The notes below the pieces were generated by a model. That model had not been told where the DNA came from. It saw nothing but the letters and a program-made list of their open reading frames with translations, and made no database searches. A stretch of 64,000 nt of DNA from Bdellovibrionales bacterium (lineage in GTDB: Bacteria > Bdellovibrionota > Bdellovibrionia > Bdellovibrionales > UBA1609): positions 114,031-178,030 of the forward strand of contig JAWLHR010000004.1 in the NCBI GenBank assembly GCA_041690295.1, written 5' to 3'. The stretch's first letter is position 1, and every line of letters begins with the position of its first letter. The position numbers were made by a program, and so were the translations under genes. Below, piece by piece: positions 39,734-48,578 of this stretch.

Positions 39734-41140
39734 ATGGGGTTATTGATTGGTCTTGTGGCCTTGGCCCTGGGGGCGCCGCATGCGAACGGCGCGGCTAAAG
39801 CGACAAGCTATTTAAATTTGGATTTGCGCCAGCAAAGATACTTAGGCGATGTCCAACATTCGACTCAATCTTCGAATTACACCCAGCTTTCCGCGAACTT
39901 AAACCTTGAGCCTAAGCCCGAGCGGTCAGGTCGCCTAATATATAAGGTCAATGCGCGCGCGCAGGGGGCTTTCGAGGCCAGAGAGGAATCCTATTTCGGG
40001 GTGCCGGAGCTCTTTGTCGAAGGTCGAAGCCAGGGCTCAAGTTTAGCGCTTGGCCGAAAGCGTCGCATGTGGAGCCGACTGGACGAGGAGTTCGATTTAG
40101 GCGTTTGGCAGCCCCAATTACGTTGGGATTACTTAATGCCCGAACAGCAAGGACTCACGGGGATGTTTTTTGAACATTCCTTTTCGCCCCGATGGCGCTT
40201 TGTATTGTTCGCGAGCGGAGTGAATTTGCCGGATCAGGGGCCTCAGTTCCGCTTGGAAAACGGCCGCTTTTATTCCGCGAACCGTTGGTTTCAACAGCCC
40301 TTTGGTTACGTACGGCTCTTCCAAGACACACCATTTACAAGTGACGCACCATTATATTTTCAGATTGATCGACCTTCGGATCAGGAAATCTTTTTTAGAC
40401 CGTCCGCGGCCATCGGCGTTGAATACGGTGAATCCATGGGACTCTGGTCACGGTTCAACGTGGCGTATAAGCCGCGAAACCAAATCCACCTGGGAATTGA
40501 GTGTGCGAACTGCGCCAACTTGGGTGGCACTCAACCCGTCGAAATCACCACAGTCATTCATCCCAAAATCTTGAATCACCTTGTAACCACTTGGGAATTT
40601 GGAGTTGAACGGGTGGATGACAGGGCCTGGGCTTCGATTACAGGGGAGTGGACTGACGCATCGCAGTTCCCCTCCCATTACGAGGAAGCCCCGATTGACG
40701 ATGTGCTTATTGCAGGTTTGGCCTATCAGCATTATGTGGGTTCCTGGTTGGGTGGGCGTCCGTCGTGGCTTCAATATTCCTATGTACGAGTGGTTGAGAT
40801 TGGTCCGAAGTCAAAGAGCGGGCTTCTAAAGGAAGAAGATCAAGTGAAATCCTCATTGGATCGGTACCCTTTAAAAAACTTCGCCGCCTTGGATTGGAAA
40901 ATACGCTTGGCGCAAACCGCGAAGAACCTGTGGAATTGGACCAATCGCCTGCAATACTCGATTCCTGAACAGGGCAGTTGGTTGTCGTCATTTTTGGATT
41001 TGAACCAGGGGCCTGTGACTTGGTTTGTGGGAATGGATATTCTCGGATCCCAAGTTGAGGCCACGTCCAGCCGGGCGGGTTTGTTCACGCGCTATCGAGC
41101 GAATGACCGAATCTTTGGGGGGGTAAGCTATGTCTTTTAA
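39734..41140 (+). CDS. Outer-membrane beta-barrel protein (module 2)
   Basis: Paralog of 36195 (LGRK…WS..D….LGV..P, N.WF..P, YRANDRIFGGVSYVF). Confidence 0.7.
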   Translation: MGLLIGLVALALGAPHANGAAKATSYLNLDLRQQRYLGDVQHSTQSSNYTQLSANLNLEPKPERSGRLIYKVNARAQGAFEAREESYFGVPELFVEGRSQGSSLALGRKRRMWSRLDEEFDLGVWQPQLRWDYLMPEQQGLTGMFFEHSFSPRWRFVLFASGVNLPDQGPQFRLENGRFYSANRWFQQPFGYVRLFQDTPFTSDAPLYFQIDRPSDQEIFFRPSAAIGVEYGESMGLWSRFNVAYKPRNQIHLGIECANCANLGGTQPVEITTVIHPKILNHLVTTWEFGVERVDDRAWASITGEWTDASQFPSHYEEAPIDDVLIAGLAYQHYVGSWLGGRPSWLQYSYVRVVEIGPKSKSGLLKEEDQVKSSLDRYPLKNFAALDWKIRLAQTAKNLWNWTNRLQYSIPEQGSWLSSFLDLNQGPVTWFVGMDILGSQVEATSSRAGLFTRYRANDRIFGGVSYVF

Positions 41141-43550
41141 AATGTGGAGTCGCCTGGGGTTGGCGGGCTCCCTTGTCGTGTTGGGCTGCGGCCTTAACAC
41201 AGGGGAAAAGCCCCCGGACACGATTCCTCCTTCATTTCAAGGCCGGGAATACACCTGTGTGGGTGAGATTCCCCAGCACTTGCAGAAGTATATCGATGAT
41301 GAGCTGAGCGAGGCTCAAATCACCTCGTTCGTGCAGTGCCTGCAGCGCGCCTTCACATCGTTCTTGGAATTAACCCGCGGGCGCGACTCTCAGGTTTATG
41401 AGCCCAACGAAATCCGGCGATTCTTGCAAAGCACTTTCTTTAAATCGCGTGTGATCACGGACGGATTCACGTCGGAAATCGTGACGTTGAAGCGCCTTTT
41501 GTTCGGCGGCACGCAGGACACCGTCACTCGAAAGGAATTGCAGGAAGCCATCGCGTTCTTGGATGAGGTTCGGCAGGAAGCCATCCGCATGAAACCTTAT
41601 CTGCGATACCTGAATCCCAAGCTGGTGGATCGGCAGGATCCCGATGAGGTGGGCCGGCAGCTGAAAGTGGCGAACGCCGAATTGAACGCGGTGATCGATC
41701 GGGTGAGTCAGAGACTGAATAAAACCCAACTCGAGTACCGGTTCTCAAACGTTCATAATTTAATGGCCGAGTTCCGCCAGTTCGTTCGTTGGGAAGAGGC
41801 TTTCGAGAAGGATCAAGTGGCGCCGGTCGAAGCTTGGGTGAAGTTTTTCCGCGAATTCAAATCGGCCACGGTTTCGCCGAAGGTGCCGGAATCGGTTCAG
41901 CGGGATGAGTGGGCGCCGTTCCTCAAAAATCTGAGCCGTTGGTATTTCGCCTACATCCAATACCGCGTCGGCGTGAAAGACCGACCCATCATTCAGGGCG
42001 CGGGTCTACGAAACTCAATGTACGTGGCCCAGCAGATTTTTGATCTGGTTGAAGAAGCGATTAAGAACCAGCCGGGTGAGCCCGCGGAAAAGTCGCTGAG
42101 CTTGGTTCAAATTCATAACATCATCAATGCCGCCCAGGGCTTGAATTGGTTGAATCCGAAGATTCGTTCCGAGTCGCTGGATCGCGCCTTGTCGGCGCTT
42201 TTTGACCGCGTTTTCTCGCCCGATAAGTCGGTGGCCCGCCGTCGGCTCGACCTCGAGACCTTAAAGCAAATCAAATACGAGTTTTACCGCTGGGCGTACA
42301 TTCAAATGCGGCTTGAAACTCAGTTCAAGCGCAAGAACTCAAAGATCGAGACCAGGGTCCCGAGCCTCTTGACTCGATTCGTGATTCCCAAAGATGTCAG
42401 CGCGATTCTCAAGAACATGCATGAGCCGGACTGGAATCATTTCCTGCAGATCAAGGATCTGACCCGTCCGCTGTTCAATGACAACTTGGAGCGTGTGACT
42501 CTCGTGGGTGAGTCCGAGTTGGATCGTTTCCACTTGGCCCATGAGTTCCACAATCTTTCAATGATGAATCTCTTCCGGTCCGCGGTGGGAATGCTGTTCC
42601 GCGGTTACGCCGGCGAGATCAACGGCCGCGTGGATTGGAAGTCCGGATTGAAGAGCGAGGAACTGCAACGCTTCTATGAGGATATTCGCGATCTGGCGGT
42701 GGACTTGCAATTGGCCGACGGGCGCATCCATAACACGGGAACCCGCGCCTTCACGGAAGGAAAGCTATTCACTTATTCGGCCGAAGGAATCGCTTTTGAC
42801 CTGACGAAGAGCCGCCTGTCCTACGTTGAAGCCATGGAGCTTTTGGCGTTCCTTTATTCCGGCGGACAGATGTCGGCCGACCTCTACGATTATTTTTATA
42901 ACCAGTCGAGTTGCGCCAAAGGTGATCCGGACCAATACGGCTTGCCCACGATCGACCGCGCTTGTGTGGAAAGGGCATTGCCCGATCTGATTCAAGAGTT
43001 CGGCGTGAATCTTCCGGGAATGACCGCCTACTTGGCCAGCGCCCCTGAAGGAAAGCGCGTGGAGATCATTCGCAATTTGATCCTTTCGGCTTATTCGCCG
43101 AAACATTCACATCCGCAGTGGATGGAGAAAAACGAATTGGGAATCGTTTCCGTGATTCTCCATTACATGGAAGCGGTCCTCACACGCTTTGATACCAACC
43201 AGGACGGCGTGCTGACCAATGACGAAGTGCGGGCGGCGGTTCCCGTGTTCCGAGGTTTCGTGCAAAAATTCGCCAAGGATCATGTGAAGACCACATTGTC
43301 GGATCGGCAGGCGGAAGGCGTGTTTCTTTATCTCTTGCATTATAAGGAGCTTCCGACCTGGTGGAATATGGTCCATGTTTATTATCTGTCCTACGACTTC
43401 AGTTGGACGATTGATTTGGGCTGGGGATTGGGTTCCATTGAGTTGAACTTCAACACGCCCCTTGAGTTGGATCGCGCTGAACTCTCAAAAGTGTTCCGTG
43501 CGATCGTGGCCAAGATTTTTCAAACCGCCGCGCCTGCGCCTAGTCATTAA
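41130..43550 (+). CDS. Large helical lipoprotein with EF-hand (module 2)
   Basis: Lipobox VLGC; EF-hand loop DTNQDGVLTNDE. Confidence 0.75.
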   Translation: MSFKMWSRLGLAGSLVVLGCGLNTGEKPPDTIPPSFQGREYTCVGEIPQHLQKYIDDELSEAQITSFVQCLQRAFTSFLELTRGRDSQVYEPNEIRRFLQSTFFKSRVITDGFTSEIVTLKRLLFGGTQDTVTRKELQEAIAFLDEVRQEAIRMKPYLRYLNPKLVDRQDPDEVGRQLKVANAELNAVIDRVSQRLNKTQLEYRFSNVHNLMAEFRQFVRWEEAFEKDQVAPVEAWVKFFREFKSATVSPKVPESVQRDEWAPFLKNLSRWYFAYIQYRVGVKDRPIIQGAGLRNSMYVAQQIFDLVEEAIKNQPGEPAEKSLSLVQIHNIINAAQGLNWLNPKIRSESLDRALSALFDRVFSPDKSVARRRLDLETLKQIKYEFYRWAYIQMRLETQFKRKNSKIETRVPSLLTRFVIPKDVSAILKNMHEPDWNHFLQIKDLTRPLFNDNLERVTLVGESELDRFHLAHEFHNLSMMNLFRSAVGMLFRGYAGEINGRVDWKSGLKSEELQRFYEDIRDLAVDLQLADGRIHNTGTRAFTEGKLFTYSAEGIAFDLTKSRLSYVEAMELLAFLYSGGQMSADLYDYFYNQSSCAKGDPDQYGLPTIDRACVERALPDLIQEFGVNLPGMTAYLASAPEGKRVEIIRNLILSAYSPKHSHPQWMEKNELGIVSVILHYMEAVLTRFDTNQDGVLTNDEVRAAVPVFRGFVQKFAKDHVKTTLSDRQAEGVFLYLLHYKELPTWWNMVHVYYLSYDFSWTIDLGWGLGSIELNFNTPLELDRAELSKVFRAIVAKIFQTAAPAPSH

Positions 43551-43564
43551 GCGAGTATCTTGTC

Positions 43565-43593
43565 TCCTCGCGACGTGAAAGCCGTCGCGGGGA
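43565..43593 (+). terminator. Probable terminator hairpin
   Basis: TCCTCGCGACG-7 nt-CGTCGCGGGGA just after the stop at 43550; weak T tail. Confidence 0.5.
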
Positions 43594-43703
43594 ATTTGTC
43601 CTTCTAGACAAGCATTTCTTCTAATGTTTCAATTAAATGCCGCAAAATTATGGCTCCTTGGGTGATGAGCCGAGGAGCGCACGCATCATTGATGGAGGGA
43701 TAT

Positions 43704-44279
43704 ATGTCTTTGAATCGACTTTTAGTTGCGAGCTTGATTTTTGTTTCACCACTCGCGATGGCGGAGCCGGTCACCTATAAGGTTGATGAAGCGCACGCCT
43801 CCATCGTTTTTAAAGCCAATCACCTGGGATTCGCTTACGTCTATGGAAAATTCGGCACCACCGAAGGAACGATCAATTGGGACGAGAAGGCTCCCGAAAA
43901 ATCCACTTTTGAAATTAAAACCAAAGCGGAGTCGCTCAATACGTTGAACAGTAAACGGGATGATCATTTGCGTGGTCCGGATTTCTTTAATGCCAAGCAA
44001 TTCCCGGAAATCGTTTTGAAGAGCAAATCCATCAAGAAAGCCGGAAAAAACAAATATAATGTCACCGCCGACCTGACCATGCTTGGAAAAACCAAGCCGA
44101 TCAGTTTTGTTTGGACGCAAATGAAGACCGGTAAAGACCCCTGGGGCAATGAACGCACCGGTGGTGAAACCACCTTCAAGGTGAAGCGTAGCGATTGGGG
44201 GATGACTTACATGACCAAGCCGGGCGAAATCAGCGACGAAATCGAGCTGTTGGTCAGCCTGGAAGCGGTCAAACAGTAA
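43704..44279 (+). CDS. YceI family periplasmic lipid/polyisoprenoid-binding protein
   Basis: YKVDEAHASIVF..NHLG, RDDHLRGPDFF, DPWG, RSDWGM; GGAGG RBS. Confidence 0.92.
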   Translation: MSLNRLLVASLIFVSPLAMAEPVTYKVDEAHASIVFKANHLGFAYVYGKFGTTEGTINWDEKAPEKSTFEIKTKAESLNTLNSKRDDHLRGPDFFNAKQFPEIVLKSKSIKKAGKNKYNVTADLTMLGKTKPISFVWTQMKTGKDPWGNERTGGETTFKVKRSDWGMTYMTKPGEISDEIELLVSLEAVKQ

Positions 44280-44287
44280 GGCTCCGC

Positions 44288-45127
44288 TTGTCACCGATAC
44301 TTGCCGCCTTAATTCGAAGCGCGTTTGTTCCAGCGGCCATTCTGGCCGGTGTGCTTTTCCTGGCCGGAAAATTCGGCGAGCCTTTTCGCGCCCGGTTGCA
44401 GGTGATCGCGATCGCGCTCACCTTTGTCATTGGCAATTATCTGCTGATCGGGCGCTTAAGTTTTCCGCCGACCGATGGCGCGGAATCACTCTCCTATGCG
44501 GCGTTGTTACTGGCCGGGTTCGTGTTGATTTACCCCGGCGGTAAACCGTCTTATTTCGCCCGTATTGTGATGGTGTTGATTCTTGGCGCGCTGGTCTTGT
44601 TCCATTTAAGGAATCAACTGCTCGGTCATCCGGTTCATCAGCGTAACCTCTTGGCGTTCTTCTGCTTAGGCTTGGGCTTGTGGTCGATTTTCGAGCGCAA
44701 CTCCCACAAGGTGAATTTACTGACGCTTGTTGGGCTACCTCTCATTACGGCCATCGGCCTTAGCTTTATTTTACTCTTCAACGCCAGTGCGTCTTATTCG
44801 CAGATGGTGACCATACTTTGCGCCATGTTCGGCGCGATGGCTGTCTTGGCTTGGATTTTTCCCAGTCTCTTATCGAAGGCCGCGATGATGCCGTTTCTGT
44901 CGGTCTTCGTGGTCCTGATCATGGCCGCCGGACATTTTTATCTGGATGTGAATCCGTGGAAGATGATCTGGTTGAGTATTCCTTATTTCGTACTTTGGAT
45001 TCGAAGCTGGCTACCGTTCGTGCCGAAAAGCCCGTTGCTTGAATTCCTGGCGCTCGCGGCTTTGTCCCTGCTGCCGCTCGGATACTTTCTCTATAATTCC
45101 TATGTGACCGCCGGTCCGCTTTATTGA
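44288..45127 (+). CDS. Multi-pass membrane hypothetical protein
   Basis: About 9-10 hydrophobic segments; start placed at TTG after the yceI stop. Confidence 0.65.
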   Translation: MSPILAALIRSAFVPAAILAGVLFLAGKFGEPFRARLQVIAIALTFVIGNYLLIGRLSFPPTDGAESLSYAALLLAGFVLIYPGGKPSYFARIVMVLILGALVLFHLRNQLLGHPVHQRNLLAFFCLGLGLWSIFERNSHKVNLLTLVGLPLITAIGLSFILLFNASASYSQMVTILCAMFGAMAVLAWIFPSLLSKAAMMPFLSVFVVLIMAAGHFYLDVNPWKMIWLSIPYFVLWIRSWLPFVPKSPLLEFLALAALSLLPLGYFLYNSYVTAGPLY

Positions 45128-46431
45128 GCGGAGCCGAGTGCCAGCTTGGCCACCAGGTCGTGACCGATCCACCACACGTTTTTGCGGGCGTCTAAAGACT
45201 CATACAACATGGCCCGTCCGCAAGATTTAAAGACAATCTCGCTCAGACGCGCGGTCAGAAGATTTCGCTCATCCGTGTGCATATCAAGAATCTTTTCCGA
45301 GGTGGTCCGCATGAGCGCCATTTGTTCAGGGCCATTATGCTGCGGCCAAGCCTTATAATCGGACCATCGGTTGGCAATGATATCCGAACGGAAATAGTTC
45401 TCGGTGATCTCAAGGACTTCTTTCAAGCTGTGTTCGGGCTTTAAGAGCGCCTGGCAGGATTGCATGAGTTCCTTGGTCAGCGGATGGTTCGCGCCTTCTT
45501 TTTGGAAAGCGCCGAGAAGCGGGTAAAGCGCCACTTCCACGCCGAGAAAAATCGAGCTGGAGTTAGTTAGGATTTCAGGGGCGTTGAACACGCAGGCCGA
45601 AATACCGGCTTGTCCGCTGCGGACCGCGATGCGCTCAAGTTCAAGTTTGGCGAAGCCCTGCAAATAGGGGGAATAGCTTTGCCATTTGTATTCCGTTCCC
45701 ATCAGGATTTCGGTTCCATGATAGCCATAGGCGGTGTAGGCCACTTTGCCGCCACTTTGGGTGATGCGCTCGCGAAGCGGGGCCGAGAGTTCAATCAGAT
45801 CGGCGAAGCTGTTGGCGGTCACGTCCATGAAGCTCATGTCGCAAAAGCGACCCAGCACACCTTCCCAGAATTCCTGGCTGGAGGCGTAGCGTTCGCCATG
45901 ACCCTTGAACACGCGGTTCATGACGGGAAGAACGATTTTCGCCCGCGGAACTCCTCCGGCCATGGTATGGGCGAACAAGACGTTTTTGCCTTTGGGGATG
46001 TGTTTTTCCAATTCGGCCAAATACTCGCGGACTCTCGAGCGAAAACTTTCACGCCCGCGGCGGCGGGAGTCTTCGACCTCATCGAAATCCATTTTGGCCT
46101 CAGCCCACTGGCTGAGTTTCAGTCCCTGAAGTTGATCGCAGGGTGTGCGACCTTTGGATGAGGGCTCCAGGTCAAAGCCGCATTCCAGAGGAATATTGAT
46201 CAAAGGTTGAGTTTTCTGCGCCAGTTCTTCCGCGTTCAACGGGCGGAGTTTATTTTGTTCATCACGGCGCCCGACGGTGGAGTAGATGACCTTCATGCCC
46301 GCGCGTTGCGCCTCTTCAATCAATCCATTGACGTAGCCTCGGGCGAAGACCTCGCCGAAGACCACCAAAATATCGCCTTCGTTATAACCGGATTGGGACC
46401 GCAATTCGCGCAACGGGGTGAATTCCTGCAT
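45121..46431 (-). CDS. FabMG-family enoyl-ACP reductase
   Basis: FGEVFARGYVNGL, TVGRRD, HTMAGG, YTAYGYHGTEIL, QGFAK, PEILTNSS match the FabMG family as recalled. Confidence 0.7.
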   Translation of the reverse strand: MQEFTPLRELRSQSGYNEGDILVVFGEVFARGYVNGLIEEAQRAGMKVIYSTVGRRDEQNKLRPLNAEELAQKTQPLINIPLECGFDLEPSSKGRTPCDQLQGLKLSQWAEAKMDFDEVEDSRRRGRESFRSRVREYLAELEKHIPKGKNVLFAHTMAGGVPRAKIVLPVMNRVFKGHGERYASSQEFWEGVLGRFCDMSFMDVTANSFADLIELSAPLRERITQSGGKVAYTAYGYHGTEILMGTEYKWQSYSPYLQGFAKLELERIAVRSGQAGISACVFNAPEILTNSSSIFLGVEVALYPLLGAFQKEGANHPLTKELMQSCQALLKPEHSLKEVLEITENYFRSDIIANRWSDYKAWPQHNGPEQMALMRTTSEKILDMHTDERNLLTARLSEIVFKSCGRAMLYESLDARKNVWWIGHDLVAKLALGSAQ

Positions 46432-46486
46432 GGTTTTCTCCTCCAAATCAGTTTCCAATTTGTACTGAGTGAATTATCTTGAGTCC

Positions 46487-47245
46487 ATGCGCGTCGTGTC
46501 CTTGGTACCGTCCTGGACAGAAACCCTTATTGAAGCCGGGATCGAGGTCGTCGGCCGCACCCGTTTTTGTATCCATCCGAACGATAAAGTCAGCGCTGTT
46601 CCCGTTGTCGGGGGCACCAAGGATTGGGATTTTTCGAAGATCCTCGAGCTTCGCCCGGACCTCTTGATTCTGGATCGCGAAGAGAATCCCAAATTCATGG
46701 CGGAGCAAGAGCGAATACCCTATCTCGATACCCATGTGACCCGGATCGATGATGTGGCGCCGGAGCTGATGAAAATGGCGCAAAAGCTCGGCTCGAAGGA
46801 GCTGCAAAAGCTCGCGAATCGATGGGTGGCGATCAGCCAAAAGGAGCCATTGACCGCCTGGGATGGGCATGCGGATTTCCCGGGATTGCTGTCCTGGGGA
46901 AAGCGGCCGGAGCGCCCGATTGAGCGCTTGGAATACATCATATGGAAGCGCCCGTGGATGGGGGTGGCCAAGAATACATTCATCGGTTCGACCCTGGAGA
47001 AGTGCGGCTTTGGCCCCTATCTCGCGAGCGATCACGTGGCCAAGTACCCGGTTTTGAATTTGGAGTCGGGCGCCAACCCTCGTGAGACCACCTTTCTGAT
47101 GTTCGCCAGCGAGCCTTATCCATTCCTCACGATTTCGAAGTCGCTCGAGCGGCTCGGGTACCCTTACGCTCTGGTGGATGGTGAGTCGTTCAGCTGGTTC
47201 GGCGTTCGCTCGCTCCGTTTCTTCGAAAAGGCGTTTCGCCTATAA
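46487..47245 (+). CDS. Helical-backbone metal receptor (BtuF-like)
   Basis: RVVSLVPSWTETL, VGRTRFCIHP, VGGTK, SEPYPF, VDGESFSWFG. Confidence 0.85.
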   Translation: MRVVSLVPSWTETLIEAGIEVVGRTRFCIHPNDKVSAVPVVGGTKDWDFSKILELRPDLLILDREENPKFMAEQERIPYLDTHVTRIDDVAPELMKMAQKLGSKELQKLANRWVAISQKEPLTAWDGHADFPGLLSWGKRPERPIERLEYIIWKRPWMGVAKNTFIGSTLEKCGFGPYLASDHVAKYPVLNLESGANPRETTFLMFASEPYPFLTISKSLERLGYPYALVDGESFSWFGVRSLRFFEKAFRL

Positions 47246-47414
47246 GAATTGGTTAATCTCCAGTCAGTTTAGGTAAAACCTTCATGACCTAACACAATTA
47301 ATGGAATATTCCGGTTGCAAGCTCCTCGTAATGGCGCTTATACGAAGTCTCGTCTGGAATAGTTTTTGTACAGGCTCAAAATCAAAACTCATTGAATCGG
47401 GCACGCTTGTCGGG

Positions 47415-48578
47415 ATGGGACAAAGGATGCTGGGGTCGAAAGCCGGGTTCTGGCCGTGGTTAGCGGGAGTCTTGCTTTGGACTTCAGCGGTTGTGGCTCA
47501 GGACCTGAATACAATCACAATTCAAGAAGAAGAATACAGACCCCTGCGCGCGCGGTTCTCAGGCGACTGGAGTCTGGACATCGGCGGTGGCTCCTATCAA
47601 CACGGAAAAGACTCCTTCGAAGGCGCCTACACTTACTTGTCGACCAATTTCAATTTTCAATTTCTGAAACAGTTCAAAGCGCGGATTTCGCCGATGGCGA
47701 GATTCAGTTCGGGACGCGTGCAGGATCGTTTCGATGCTGAACGTAAGAACTTTGTTTTTCTGAGCGAAGGCTGGTTCAGCTACAAGCCTGTCGATCAAGT
47801 TGATTTACGCTTCGGCATTCACAGCCAAAGAATTGTCGGCGTGAGAATGCTTGTATCCAGCATGGCCGCATTCCCCGGCTTTCAGGAAATTGTGACCGTA
47901 CCTTTGAATGAAGAAATCAAGGGACGCTTGATCGCCCAGCAAGTGATTCCGGTTTCCAGCAGTGACAACTTGGAACGTGAGAAGGCCGAACCCACGCCTT
48001 GGTTTTTCACCACTCAGGCGGAACTTTTGGGAAAAACCAACGGTTTGGAATGGAAGGCGTTCGCCGGTGCGTTCGAGTGGAAAGATATTCCCGCGAAAAC
48101 GGTGTTTGAAAGCCGGCAAGTCGGCAATGTGGGAGCCGGTGACGTGGCGCCGGGTTCCCGATACCTCTATGGTCATCGCGGTTATTTCGGTGGCGGGAAC
48201 ATGGATTATGATTTCACCAAGCAACTGGGTGTTTTTACCGAGTACAAACGCCTTCGCAATATAGATGCGCCCAGTGATTCCGCTGACGGACAGTTGTGGG
48301 CAGCCGGCCCGAAGTTCAGATTCCAGGATAAAACGTTGAAGCTCGGTTATTCGAACTACTTTATCGAATCCAACGCGACGGTGGCGGTTTATTCGCGATC
48401 GCGGTACGGCAACACGAACCGGATCGGGGAGATTCTGACAGCCGAGCTGCACTTCGAAAAACTCGGATTTAAAGTTTACGGCGAATATTATCGCAACAAG
48501 CCCATCAACATCGATCCGAATCAGTTCGATATGGAGCAGGTGTATATAGGAATGGAGACGGACAGTGCATCGTTCTGA
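47415..48578 (+). CDS. Outer-membrane beta-barrel/porin-like protein (module 3)
   Basis: Signal peptide (…AVVA), amphipathic strands, terminal Phe; start uncertain. Confidence 0.65.
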   Translation: MGQRMLGSKAGFWPWLAGVLLWTSAVVAQDLNTITIQEEEYRPLRARFSGDWSLDIGGGSYQHGKDSFEGAYTYLSTNFNFQFLKQFKARISPMARFSSGRVQDRFDAERKNFVFLSEGWFSYKPVDQVDLRFGIHSQRIVGVRMLVSSMAAFPGFQEIVTVPLNEEIKGRLIAQQVIPVSSSDNLEREKAEPTPWFFTTQAELLGKTNGLEWKAFAGAFEWKDIPAKTVFESRQVGNVGAGDVAPGSRYLYGHRGYFGGGNMDYDFTKQLGVFTEYKRLRNIDAPSDSADGQLWAAGPKFRFQDKTLKLGYSNYFIESNATVAVYSRSRYGNTNRIGEILTAELHFEKLGFKVYGEYYRNKPINIDPNQFDMEQVYIGMETDSASF

